64,000 bases of DNA from a bacterium. Lineage in GTDB: Bacteria > Cyanobacteriota > Vampirovibrionia > Gastranaerophilales > Gastranaerophilaceae. Both the position numbers and the translations under genes were made by a program. Positions 19,490 through 27,651 of this stretch are shown here, piece by piece; positions within the stretch are counted from its first letter, which is position 1, and every line of letters begins with the position of its first letter. Location of the stretch: NCBI GenBank assembly GCA_024408765.1, contig JAKSUR010000001.1:15612-79611 (forward strand). Reading direction: 5' to 3'. The notes beneath the pieces are model-generated. The model ran no database searches, was not told the origin of the DNA, and saw nothing but the letters and a program-made list of their open reading frames with translations.

Positions 19490-20929
19490 GTGCGTAGGTT
19501 TTTAATTCTGTTCGGGATATTTTTAATGACTTCGATATCTGCGTTTGCGGCAAATATTCCAAAAGAAGTGGTCGAATATATAAAAACTAATGTTCCGAAT
19601 GCGGATATCAGGTTTGACGGGATTATTGTTTTACCGGATAATACGGTTTATCTTCCTTTGTATCCGTCTTTGTTTTCTGATATTAATACACTTAAAATAA
19701 AAGAGTCGATTCCTGCTAATAAGAATTTGGCTAATCATCCTGATGTTTTAATTTTTAACAATGATTTTGTTCTTTTAAGAGTAATCCCAAAAGATGACGG
19801 AAGCAAAACGGTATTGCACATGCAAAACCCTCCGTTGGAAGTAAGAACAGGCTTATTGCCACAAGACATGCTCGTCCCATCAGGACTCATTATTCCTGAA
19901 AATTTAAAAGGAATTATTGGTAATCTTAATATTGATACTAAAAAAGAAGATGTAATCAAACATACAATTAAAGAAAGTTTTGAAGAATTCCTTTCGGATA
20001 GTGATAAAATACCGGCTCAAAGTCTTATTTCAGAGCTTAAAGGTAAAGTTGTATACATAACAACGAATTATTCTAAAAATATACAAGTTTTAGATCCTGC
20101 AAAATCGTTGCCAAATTATTCACTTGCGCAAAAATCTATTCCGATAAATGCTGTGCCTGTTCGTGACGGTAAATTTATTCTTGTAACATCATACGAACGC
20201 CCTTTCCTTGATGTCGTTTCAGTTGCGGATTCAAGGTTTATAAAACAAATTTCATTAGGCACAAATCCCGATGAAATCGTGGTTGACGAAGAAAATAAAA
20301 AAGCTTATGTAACGGCACCTCAAGCTTCTGTTATTTTTGTAATTGATCTTGATACAATGTCTGTTATGCAAAAAATCAGAATTAACGGATACTGTGAGAA
20401 ATTGTTGCTTGCAGGCGATAAAATATTTTATGTTGACAAGATGAAAAGCGAAATTTGGGTTATTGAATGTAATAATGCTTATACTTTAAGAAATTTAGGA
20501 ATTTTCCCGAGTATTTCGTCTGTTTTATATACGAATAATAAAGTTTATATTTCAAGCAGAACAAAAAGCCGAATTGCAATTGTCGATTATGAAACAGGCA
20601 GTTTGGAAAAAGAATTTACAATTTCCAACAAACCTGTTGCAATGCTTTTATATAATGATACAATTTATGTTCTTTGTGCACAAAATAACGTAATTCAAAA
20701 ATTAAGTGCTACGGACGGAAGTTTGCTTGGCAAAATACAACTCGCAGAAAACGGATTTTCGTCAAGATTCAACAGAATTGAAGGTACATCACTTGCAATA
20801 ACTGCAGATGTAAAGAAAAACAATTATTCAATAATTGATTTAAAAACAGGGCAATTAATTAAAACTTACTACGTTAATGTTCCTGTTAAAGACGTAAGAA
20901 TTGCAAATAAAATTAAATTATTTGATTAA
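19490..20929 (+). CDS. Secreted beta-propeller repeat protein (YVTN/YncE-like)
   Basis: GTG start with a GGAG SD. The signal peptide is MRRFLILFGIFLMTSISAFA. Recurrent units resemble KAYVTAPQASVIFVIDLDT and KVYISSRTKSRIAIVDYETG. Confidence 0.6.
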   Translation: MRRFLILFGIFLMTSISAFAANIPKEVVEYIKTNVPNADIRFDGIIVLPDNTVYLPLYPSLFSDINTLKIKESIPANKNLANHPDVLIFNNDFVLLRVIPKDDGSKTVLHMQNPPLEVRTGLLPQDMLVPSGLIIPENLKGIIGNLNIDTKKEDVIKHTIKESFEEFLSDSDKIPAQSLISELKGKVVYITTNYSKNIQVLDPAKSLPNYSLAQKSIPINAVPVRDGKFILVTSYERPFLDVVSVADSRFIKQISLGTNPDEIVVDEENKKAYVTAPQASVIFVIDLDTMSVMQKIRINGYCEKLLLAGDKIFYVDKMKSEIWVIECNNAYTLRNLGIFPSISSVLYTNNKVYISSRTKSRIAIVDYETGSLEKEFTISNKPVAMLLYNDTIYVLCAQNNVIQKLSATDGSLLGKIQLAENGFSSRFNRIEGTSLAITADVKKNNYSIIDLKTGQLIKTYYVNVPVKDVRIANKIKLFD

Positions 20930-20940
20930 AACCGGTAAAA

Positions 20941-21507
20941 ATGAACATATTGCTTGATGAAATAACAGAAAATACTCTGAAAGAGCTTGAAGTTACCCAA
21001 AAGGAATTTTGGAATATTTCAAGAAAAAGCGGTATTTTGATTAACATGTTTGTAAAAATGATGAATATTCAATCTGCACTTGAAATCGGAACTTCAAACG
21101 GATATTCGGGTATTTGGATTGCAAAAGCTCTTAAAAAAACCGGCGGTAAGTTAACAACAATAGAATATTTTGACAAAAGACAGTCCGTCGCAGTTAATAA
21201 TTTTAAAAAATGCGGTGTAAATGATATTATAAGAACTTTACAAGGTATGGCAATCAGAGTGTTGCAAGCACTTAGCCCTGATGAAAAATTCGATTTTGTT
21301 TTTATTGATGCCAATAAAAGTGAATATGTTGATTATTTCAGATTGGTAAAACCACATTTAACTGACAAAGCCATTATAATAGCTGATAATATAACTTCGC
21401 ACCCTGACAAAGTTCAGCCTTTCATTGACGCAATTGATAAAGATAATGATTTTCAGTATGAAATTGTTGAAATTGAAGGCGGTCAATTAATTGCATATAA
21501 AGGATAA
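20941..21507 (+). CDS. Class I SAM-dependent O-methyltransferase (family 3, caffeoyl-CoA OMT/YrrM-like)
   Basis: SAM-binding motif LEIGTSNGYSGIWIA, plus FVFIDANK and ADNI motifs. Confidence 0.8.
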   Translation: MNILLDEITENTLKELEVTQKEFWNISRKSGILINMFVKMMNIQSALEIGTSNGYSGIWIAKALKKTGGKLTTIEYFDKRQSVAVNNFKKCGVNDIIRTLQGMAIRVLQALSPDEKFDFVFIDANKSEYVDYFRLVKPHLTDKAIIIADNITSHPDKVQPFIDAIDKDNDFQYEIVEIEGGQLIAYKG

Positions 21508-21537
21508 AAAATGCGACTCATTTGAGCCGCATTTTTC
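21506..21537. terminator. Bidirectional hairpin terminator between the O-methyltransferase gene (+) and rpsT (-)
   Basis: AAAAATGCG ... CGCATTTTT arms around a 12-nt loop, located in the 48-nt convergent gap. Confidence 0.55.
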
Positions 21538-21555
21538 AATTTGAAATTAAAAAAA

Positions 21556-21822
21556 CTATTTTTCCAATTTCTTAATAGCAAGAACCAACCTTGATTTCTT
21601 TCTTGCAGCGGTATTTTTGTGTAAAATGCCTTTTGAAACAGCCTTATCACAAAGTTTATAAACATTTGAAATTGCTGAATTTAAAGCATCTTTATCTGCC
21701 TCTGTAGCCAATGATAAAGCTTTTTTAACAGCAGTTTTGATTGATGTTTTAAATGCTGCATTTCTTAATCTGTTTTTTTCTGCAATCAGAACTCTTTTCT
21801 TTGCTGATTTAATGTTTGCCAT
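21556..21822 (-). CDS. rpsT: 30S ribosomal protein S20
   Basis: MANIKSAKKRVLIAEKNRLRNAAFKTSIKTAVKK... (88 aa) from the ATG at 21822. The longer track ORF is unsupported. Confidence 0.93.
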   Translation of the reverse strand: MANIKSAKKRVLIAEKNRLRNAAFKTSIKTAVKKALSLATEADKDALNSAISNVYKLCDKAVSKGILHKNTAARKKSRLVLAIKKLEK

Positions 21823-21954
21823 TTTATATTTCCTTTCACTATATCGATTGTTTTGTATGATTAATGACTTCACACAAAATAATCATTCACTTGAGGATAG
21901 TGAGCAATGCCATTGTAATACCAAAAAATATAAATGTAAAGTATTGAATAAGTT

Positions 21955-21990
21955 TAAAATAAAAAAGAGAACAACCAACGGTTGCTCTCT
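21955..21990 (-). terminator. Intrinsic terminator after nusA
   Basis: The minus strand reads AGAGAGCAACC-GTT-GGTTGTTCTCT (11-bp stem, one mismatch) followed by TTTTTT. Confidence 0.65.
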
Positions 21991-22010
21991 TTAAATATCA
22001 GAACTTATTT

Positions 22011-23243
22011 TTATTCTTCTGCAGAAGTTTCTTCTTCAACTTCTTCCTGTTGCAAATCTTCTTCGTCATAAGCCTGTTGATTCATTTCTTCTGCTATTTC
22101 TTCCTGAATTTCATCAGAATCAATTACGCTTTCTTCTTCTGTCTGTTCTTCATAGTCATAATTAGAAGCATTTTCATTTTCTTCATTTTCCATTTGTGTA
22201 ACAGATTTTATATCGATTTTCCAGCCGGTTAATCTATGTGCAAGACGTACATTTTGACCTTCACGACCGATTGCAAGTGAAAGTTGATCATCAGGAACAA
22301 CTACAAGTGCATCTTTTGTTTCTTCATCATCAGTCATTATATCGACAGAAACGACTCTTGCCGGAGAAATAGAATTAACTATATATTCAACAGGATCAGG
22401 CGACCAGCGAACGATATCAATTTTTTCATTTTTAAGTTCGCCTACAATTGTTTGAATTCTTGAACCTCTTGGGCCTATGCAAGCTCCGACCGAATCTACT
22501 TCGGGATCATTTGACCAAACGGCAATTTTTGTTCTAAATCCTGCTTCACGAGCAATTGATTTTATTTCAACAATTCCGTCTTCAATTTCAGGGACTTCAA
22601 GTTCAAACAGTTCTTTAACAATTTCAGCATGCGCATGTGAAACAATAACTTGCGGAAGCCTGTTTGTTTCTTTTACATTGAGTACAAATACTCTTATTCT
22701 GTTTCCTGGTTTATAGTATTCTCGCGGAATTTGTTCTTTTTGTGGCATAATTGCATCTGTTTTGCCAATATTTACTATGACATTTCTATTTTCTACTCTT
22801 TGAATAATACCGGTTGTTAAAGTACCTTTTTTCTCCAAAAATTCATTAAGAATATTGTTTCTTTCAGCATCTCTGATTCTTTGTGTAATAACTTGTTTAG
22901 CTGATTGAGCCGCAATTCTTCCGAATTGATCAGGAGTAACTTCTATTTTAACTTCATCATCCAATTCAACTTCATCATCAATTTCTTTTGCTTCTTCAAG
23001 TGAAATTTGAATATCAGGATCTTCTACCTCTTTTACAACAACTTTTGTTGAAAATACACCGATTTCACCTGTTTGTTCGTCTAAAATAGCTTCGATATTA
23101 GCGGCTTCTTTAACGTGCATGTGTTTTTTGTAAGCAGCTACCATAGCATCACAAAGAGATGCTATCAAAACCTCTTTTGATATTCCTCTTTCTCTTTCAA
23201 GCTCTTCGCAAGCTTCAAATAACGCAGTTCCGATTTTAATCAT
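22011..23243 (-). CDS. nusA: Transcription termination/antitermination factor NusA with an acidic C-terminal tail
   Basis: NusA N-terminal domain, an S1 domain and two KH domains (GACIGPRGSRIQ, AIGREGQNVRLA). The C-terminus is D/E-rich. GGAGAA SD. Confidence 0.95.
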   Translation of the reverse strand: MIKIGTALFEACEELERERGISKEVLIASLCDAMVAAYKKHMHVKEAANIEAILDEQTGEIGVFSTKVVVKEVEDPDIQISLEEAKEIDDEVELDDEVKIEVTPDQFGRIAAQSAKQVITQRIRDAERNNILNEFLEKKGTLTTGIIQRVENRNVIVNIGKTDAIMPQKEQIPREYYKPGNRIRVFVLNVKETNRLPQVIVSHAHAEIVKELFELEVPEIEDGIVEIKSIAREAGFRTKIAVWSNDPEVDSVGACIGPRGSRIQTIVGELKNEKIDIVRWSPDPVEYIVNSISPARVVSVDIMTDDEETKDALVVVPDDQLSLAIGREGQNVRLAHRLTGWKIDIKSVTQMENEENENASNYDYEEQTEEESVIDSDEIQEEIAEEMNQQAYDEEDLQQEEVEEETSAEE

Positions 23244-23265
23244 CTTGTAATTCTCCTTTTATTTG

Positions 23266-23748
23266 CTAATCAATATATAATTTTGCTGATTTAATTTTTT
23301 CTTTTGGAATTTTAAGTTCACATCCGTCATCAAATCTAAAAAACGTCAACCCTTCGTTGTCATCCCAATCAATAATCTCGCCTTTGAAAATGATTTCTGT
23401 TTCGCCTTCCATTGGTTCTTTAAGTTTTATACTGACTCTTCTGCCTTTAAAAATTAAAAATTCTTTATCTGATTTGAATTTTCTTTCAAGACCGGGAGAA
23501 GAAATTTCCAGATAATACTTAACAGGAATAAGCGTATCAAGAAAATCATTGAGGCTGTGAGTCATATTTTCGCAATCATCAAGTGTCACGTCTTTATCGT
23601 AAGAATAAATGTAAATTCTTACATACCATCGGTGATTTTCTTTGACAAATTCTATTTCAATCGGAATAAGATTATATCTCATTGCCGTGTTTTCGATAAG
23701 AGGTGTGATTTTTTCTAAAATCTCGTGTCTGTTTATTTCCTGCTTCAT
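23266..23748 (-). CDS. rimP: Ribosome maturation factor RimP
   Basis: LEISSPGLERKFK motif and a position directly upstream of nusA. The ATG at 23748 with an AAGGTGAAGG SD is preferred over the GTG at 23760. Confidence 0.9.
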   Translation of the reverse strand: MKQEINRHEILEKITPLIENTAMRYNLIPIEIEFVKENHRWYVRIYIYSYDKDVTLDDCENMTHSLNDFLDTLIPVKYYLEISSPGLERKFKSDKEFLIFKGRRVSIKLKEPMEGETEIIFKGEIIDWDDNEGLTFFRFDDGCELKIPKEKIKSAKLYID

Positions 23749-23763
23749 AACGCCCTTCACCTT

Positions 23764-23800
23764 AAAATAAAAAAGAACGGGGAAACCCTCGTTCTTTTTT
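23764..23800 (-). terminator. Promoter-proximal intrinsic terminator (attenuator candidate) in the rimP-nusA leader
   Basis: The minus strand reads AAAAAA-GAACGAGGG-TTT-CCCCGTTC-TTTTTTATTTT. The U-tract ends about 15 nt before the rimP ATG. Confidence 0.55.
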
Positions 23801-23823
23801 CAAAGAAACCATTTACACTATGA

Positions 23824-23852
23824 AGTATATCAAATTTAATTCTTTTTGTAAA
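23824..23852 (-). promoter_or_regulatory. Putative sigma-70 promoter for rimP-nusA (TTTACA-17-TATACT)
   Basis: On the minus strand, TTTACA is at 23852-23847, the spacer is 17 nt, and TATACT is at 23829-24. This places the hairpin terminator about 17 nt after the predicted start site. Confidence 0.4.
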
Positions 23853-24018
23853 CTTCTATATTAAGCTTTATGAAGATTTTATTAAATTTTACGCTCAGAG
23901 GATGCGGAAAAATCCAAAAAATGACAAAATTTTGCTATTAAATTTACAGAAAAATTACAATACATATTATTTATGCTAGAATATTGATATGCTTATAAAT
24001 GAATAAAAGAGGTATAAT

Positions 24019-25557
24019 ATGACAGAAACAAAAGCTAAAGAATCGGTTTCGGCAAAAGAAACAATAAGACAAACAAGAATACAAAAGCTTGCAGAACTTG
24101 CAGATAAGGGAATCAATCCGTATCCATACGTTTTTGACAGAAATTCAAGCGCAAAAGAATTACAGGAAAAATATAAAGATTTACAAGCCGGAGAAGAAAC
24201 GCAAGATACATATTCCGTTGCAGGAAGAGTTATGGCAATAAGAAATTCCGGCATGTTTATTGATTTGATGGATACAACAGGAAAAATTCAAATTTTTTCA
24301 CACAAAGACAACATGTCCGAAGAAATGTTTAGAACACTTAAACTTGTTGATATCGGTGATATATTAGGTTTTCACGGAACAATCAGAAGAACTCCGAGAG
24401 GTGAATTATCAATTAAAGCAAAAGATTTTAAAATGCTTTCAAAATCACTTCTTCCGCTTCCTAACAAGCAAATAAGCGAAGAAAAAATGGAGCAATTAAA
24501 GTCATATCATAACATGTCAGATACAGAAACAAAGTACAGACAAAGATATCTGGATTTAATTGTCAATGAAAGCACAAGAGATACTTTGAGGAAAAGAAGT
24601 TTAATTGTACAAAAGGTTAGAGAATATTTGTTTAAACAAGGGTTTATAGAGGTCGAAACTCCTATGCTTCATACACAAGCATCGGGTGCTAATGCAAAAC
24701 CTTTTATAACTCATCACAATGCTCTTGATATGGATTTGACACTCAGAATTGCACCTGAACTTCATTTAAAGAGGCTTATGGTTGGCGGTTTGAACGATAA
24801 AATTTTTGAATTATCAAGATGCTTTAGAAACGAAGGTATTGATACTCGTCATAACCCTGAGTTTACTATGATAGAGCTTTATCAATCATTTGTTGATTAC
24901 AATGAAATGATGGCTTTAACAGAAAATCTTGTAGCCTATGTTGCACAAGAAGTTTTAGGTACAACAAAAATTAAATATGGCGATAATGAAATAGATTTGA
25001 CTCCTCCGTGGGACAGAAAAACAATGCTGGGTTCAATTAAAGAATATACAGGTGTAGATTTTGGAGAATTCTTTACGGCAAAAGAAGCTTATGAAAAAGC
25101 AAAAGAACTTCATGCCGAGGTTGATGAGGAAATGAATTGGGGACAAATAGTTGAAGCCGTATTTGAAGCAAAAGTTGAACCGACATTGATTCAACCTGTT
25201 CATATAATAGATTATCCGAGAGAAATTTCTCCGCTTGCAAAAGTTCACAGAGATAATGACAGATTGACAGAACGCTTTGAAACCAGAGTCAACGGATGGG
25301 AAATTGCAAATGCTTTTTCAGAATTAACCGATCCGATTGACCAGCGTCACAGATTCGAGGCGCAGGCACTTGCAAAAGCAAACGGTGACGAAGAAGCAAT
25401 GGAAATTGATGAAGATTATATTAACGCTTTGGAATACGGTCTTGCACCGACAGGCGGAATGGGAATGGGAATAGATAGACTTGTAATGCTGCTTACGGAT
25501 TCTCAGACCATAAGAGATGTTATTGCGTTTCCTACTTTGAAAAAAATAGAAAATTAA
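24019..25557 (+). CDS. lysS: Lysine--tRNA ligase (class II)
   Basis: 512 aa with an OB-fold N-domain and class II motifs (FRNEGIDTRHNPEFTMIELY, GGMGMGIDRLVMLL). Confidence 0.96.
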   Translation: MTETKAKESVSAKETIRQTRIQKLAELADKGINPYPYVFDRNSSAKELQEKYKDLQAGEETQDTYSVAGRVMAIRNSGMFIDLMDTTGKIQIFSHKDNMSEEMFRTLKLVDIGDILGFHGTIRRTPRGELSIKAKDFKMLSKSLLPLPNKQISEEKMEQLKSYHNMSDTETKYRQRYLDLIVNESTRDTLRKRSLIVQKVREYLFKQGFIEVETPMLHTQASGANAKPFITHHNALDMDLTLRIAPELHLKRLMVGGLNDKIFELSRCFRNEGIDTRHNPEFTMIELYQSFVDYNEMMALTENLVAYVAQEVLGTTKIKYGDNEIDLTPPWDRKTMLGSIKEYTGVDFGEFFTAKEAYEKAKELHAEVDEEMNWGQIVEAVFEAKVEPTLIQPVHIIDYPREISPLAKVHRDNDRLTERFETRVNGWEIANAFSELTDPIDQRHRFEAQALAKANGDEEAMEIDEDYINALEYGLAPTGGMGMGIDRLVMLLTDSQTIRDVIAFPTLKKIEN

Positions 25558-25564
25558 CAATATT

Positions 25565-25601
25565 GAGTTTGCGGTAAAATTAAAATTCTACCTGCAAACT
25601 C
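25565..25601 (+). terminator. Hairpin immediately after lysS (possible terminator, no clear U-tract)
   Basis: GAGTTTGCGGTA ... TACCTGCAAACTC forms a 12-13 bp stem with one bulge, 8 nt after the stop. Confidence 0.4.
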
Positions 25602-25655
25602 CGAACTACTGTTCATGATAATTTTTAAATAATAAAAATGCAAAAAACAATCGTT

Positions 25656-25720
25656 ATTCCGAAAATTTAGAAAATCAGTATGAACATCCGTGAATACTTG
25701 ATTTTCAAATTGTTCGGAAT
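25656..25720. other. Long imperfect inverted repeat (about 24 bp stem, 13-nt loop)
   Basis: ATTCCGAAAATTTAGAAAATCAGTA pairs with TACTTGATTTTCAAATTGTTCGGAAT, with three single-nt bulges. Paired by hand. Confidence 0.6.
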
Positions 25721-25837
25721 CTTACCCAAAAGCAAATGAAACCATAAGTTTGCAAGATCCTAAAATATGCCTCAAATTATGTCTTGACTATAAAACTGTT
25801 GTTTGTATCACACGACTATTTAGGATGACAGGCATGT

Positions 25838-25868
25838 AGTTATGCAGGGTTCAATTTTTTGCACCTTA
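25838..25868 (+). repeat. Copy A of a roughly 30-bp conserved intergenic element (AGTTATGCAGGGTTCAATTTTTTGCACCTTA)
   Basis: Near-identical to the copies at 27311-27340 and 41449-41478, all in the same orientation. Confidence 0.8.
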
Positions 25869-25984
25869 TTATTTAGTAATAATAGTTTTTTCTTATTAAA
25901 TTTTATATTTTAATATAAAGTTCAAAACACCATTTACAAGAACATTAAAACCTCATTGGTCTAAACTGTATATAAGTGCCTATA

Positions 25985-27193
25985 TTATTGACCATTATAT
26001 TTTTTTTCTTCAAACACTCCGAGTCTGTATTCTTTGTCTTGTCTTAATTTTTGAATTTCATCTAATAAACTGATATATTTAGGATTAGCAATTTCATCTT
26101 TGGTAACAATCTTAATATCTTTGTCAAATATATTATTTGTTTGTTCATTTTTGTGTATAAGAAAATCGAAAAGTTTCATTTTATCAAGATTTTTTGGATT
26201 TAAACCACCGGCTTTACATTTCATTTCAATTTTTTGTTCGTTTATAGGAACTCCGATGGAAGATAATGATAAAATAGGATCAAACGGAAATTTCAAAACA
26301 TTATATAGTGGAGAAGATGTTCTTATTCCGTGTTTCCATAATTCTTCTGATACATATGATATTTGTTCCGGGGTTTGCTCAATCCAATCCTGCATGCCTT
26401 GATACATTGAATACCCTAAAACTATATCATGAGAATTGAATTTTTTTGTAACATTACCCAATGCTTTTTCCATAACCATTTTACAAGATGAACATAGGGC
26501 AGGGCAGGATAATCTTTTTCTATCTTGTCTTGCTGTTTTAATTACGAAATCTCTCATATCATCAACGCAATCCAAATAATAATGTTCAACATTTATAGGA
26601 TTTGATGGATGTTCAAATTTTGAAAGTAATCGTTTGTATTGAATAATAGGATTCAAAATATTTTCACTCATACCATTTATTACGGTTAGCAGTTTAAATT
26701 TTTTATCATTAAAAAACGCAAAAGAATTTGCCAAAATAGATGAACTGTCTCTACCACCTGACCAAGGAATAATAATGGTTTCTTTGTTTGCATAATTGCT
26801 TTGTAACGCAAAGCAGGATTTAAGAGTAAGCATGTCAGCACGTCTTCTGAGAATCTCAGGATTATTAATCAATACAGTCATTTCATTAACAATATAAGGA
26901 TTTCTCCAATTTTTACCAGCTATTTTTTCATTATAAAATTCCGGACTTCTGATAAATTTTATAGCATCGTCTATCATGTCGTCCCGTACTTTTTGAATTT
27001 CACCCGGCAGCCGTTCCAAGAATGGTAATTGTGGTTTTCTACCTGTAAAATAAATCAAATTCGATTGTGGATTAATTGTTTTACAAATTTGAGTTTGAGT
27101 TGAAAACTGTCTATTTTTGCTATGATTTTTGTTATTTATGTCTATAGGTTTAATAAAAGGCGAATAATATATTTTATTCAAACTGGTTAGCAT
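25985..27193 (-). CDS. Divergent PP-loop ATPase (adenine nucleotide alpha-hydrolase superfamily), TtcA/TtuA/TilS-like core with a roughly 140-aa N-terminal extension
   Basis: PP-loop SGGRDSS (26741-26761). About 80 aa later comes LSCPALCSSCK (CX3CX2C, 26483-26506), followed by HDIVLGYSMYQGMQD. This parallels the TtcA pattern CSLCSRLRRG...ALGHHRDD. Strong AAGGAG SD. Confidence 0.7.
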   Translation of the reverse strand: MLTSLNKIYYSPFIKPIDINNKNHSKNRQFSTQTQICKTINPQSNLIYFTGRKPQLPFLERLPGEIQKVRDDMIDDAIKFIRSPEFYNEKIAGKNWRNPYIVNEMTVLINNPEILRRRADMLTLKSCFALQSNYANKETIIIPWSGGRDSSSILANSFAFFNDKKFKLLTVINGMSENILNPIIQYKRLLSKFEHPSNPINVEHYYLDCVDDMRDFVIKTARQDRKRLSCPALCSSCKMVMEKALGNVTKKFNSHDIVLGYSMYQGMQDWIEQTPEQISYVSEELWKHGIRTSSPLYNVLKFPFDPILSLSSIGVPINEQKIEMKCKAGGLNPKNLDKMKLFDFLIHKNEQTNNIFDKDIKIVTKDEIANPKYISLLDEIQKLRQDKEYRLGVFEEKKYNGQ

Positions 27194-27310
27194 ATTTTCT
27201 CCTTTTTAATAATTAGCATATCATACAATGGTTTATGTTATTTGTACGTTGAAATAACTATATTTACCTGTTTTATAAATAAAAACCTGTAAAAATTTTT
27301 TTTGCCAGCC

Positions 27311-27340
27311 GGTTTATAGGGTTCAATTTTTTGTACCTTA
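27311..27340 (+). repeat. Copy B of the roughly 30-bp element (GGTTTATAGGGTTCAATTTTTTGTACCTTA)
   Basis: The 23-nt core AGGGTTCAATTTTTTGTACCTTA differs from copy A at one position. It lies 1472 bp from copy A, bracketing the PP-loop gene. Confidence 0.8.
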
Positions 27341-27348
27341 TTTTTTAA

Positions 27349-27464
27349 ATCCTCTCCATTGAGAGGATAGAATTTTAGCAAAACTTGTTTTGCTAAAATT
27401 CTTGCGGAATTACAAAATAGCAGGGAAAACTTGAAAATTTTCCTGCGATTTTTGTAAATATTCC
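27349..27464. other. Three consecutive strong hairpins (possible structured RNA or palindromic-element cluster)
   Basis: H1 27349-27368 has an 8-bp stem and a CATT loop. H2 27369-27402 is a 16-bp perfect inverted repeat. H3 27406-27464 has about 24 bp with small bulges. All paired by hand. Confidence 0.5.
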
Positions 27465-27651
27465 TTAATAATTACCAGAAGTATCTTTAATGAGGGTTTG
27501 ATGTGTGAAAATGTGCTCAACTCCTGCTCCCGCAAGTCATTTTTTGGGTTTCTCGAACCTTCGATTGATTAACAATTCTTAATATTATAAGCAATTATTA
27601 ACTCTAAAATTACTTTATATACATGTGTAGTAATAAATAAAGGTGTATATT

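Noticed and set aside
23853-24018. T-box, L-box, glycine or M-box riboswitches upstream of lysS, and likewise upstream of alaS (31345-31528), the AGCS symporter gene and mgtE
   Set aside because: The leaders are short and AT-rich. None of the conserved cores I know (the T-box sequence, lysine or glycine riboswitch cores, the M-box) is visible. The mgtE gap is only 34 nt.
25846-25868. The 30-bp element read as a sigma-54 promoter (GG ... TTGCA)
   Set aside because: The GG to GC spacing is one nucleotide longer than the strict -24/-12 geometry. Copies A and C lie downstream of genes, and no rpoN or enhancer-binding protein is visible in the window.
25838-25868. The 30-bp element read as a tRNA 3'-end remnant or att site (GGTTCAAT resembles a T-loop)
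   Set aside because: The sequence following the T-loop-like segment (TTTTTG) cannot pair with the preceding GCAGG to form a T-stem. There is no acceptor-stem complement and no integrase nearby.
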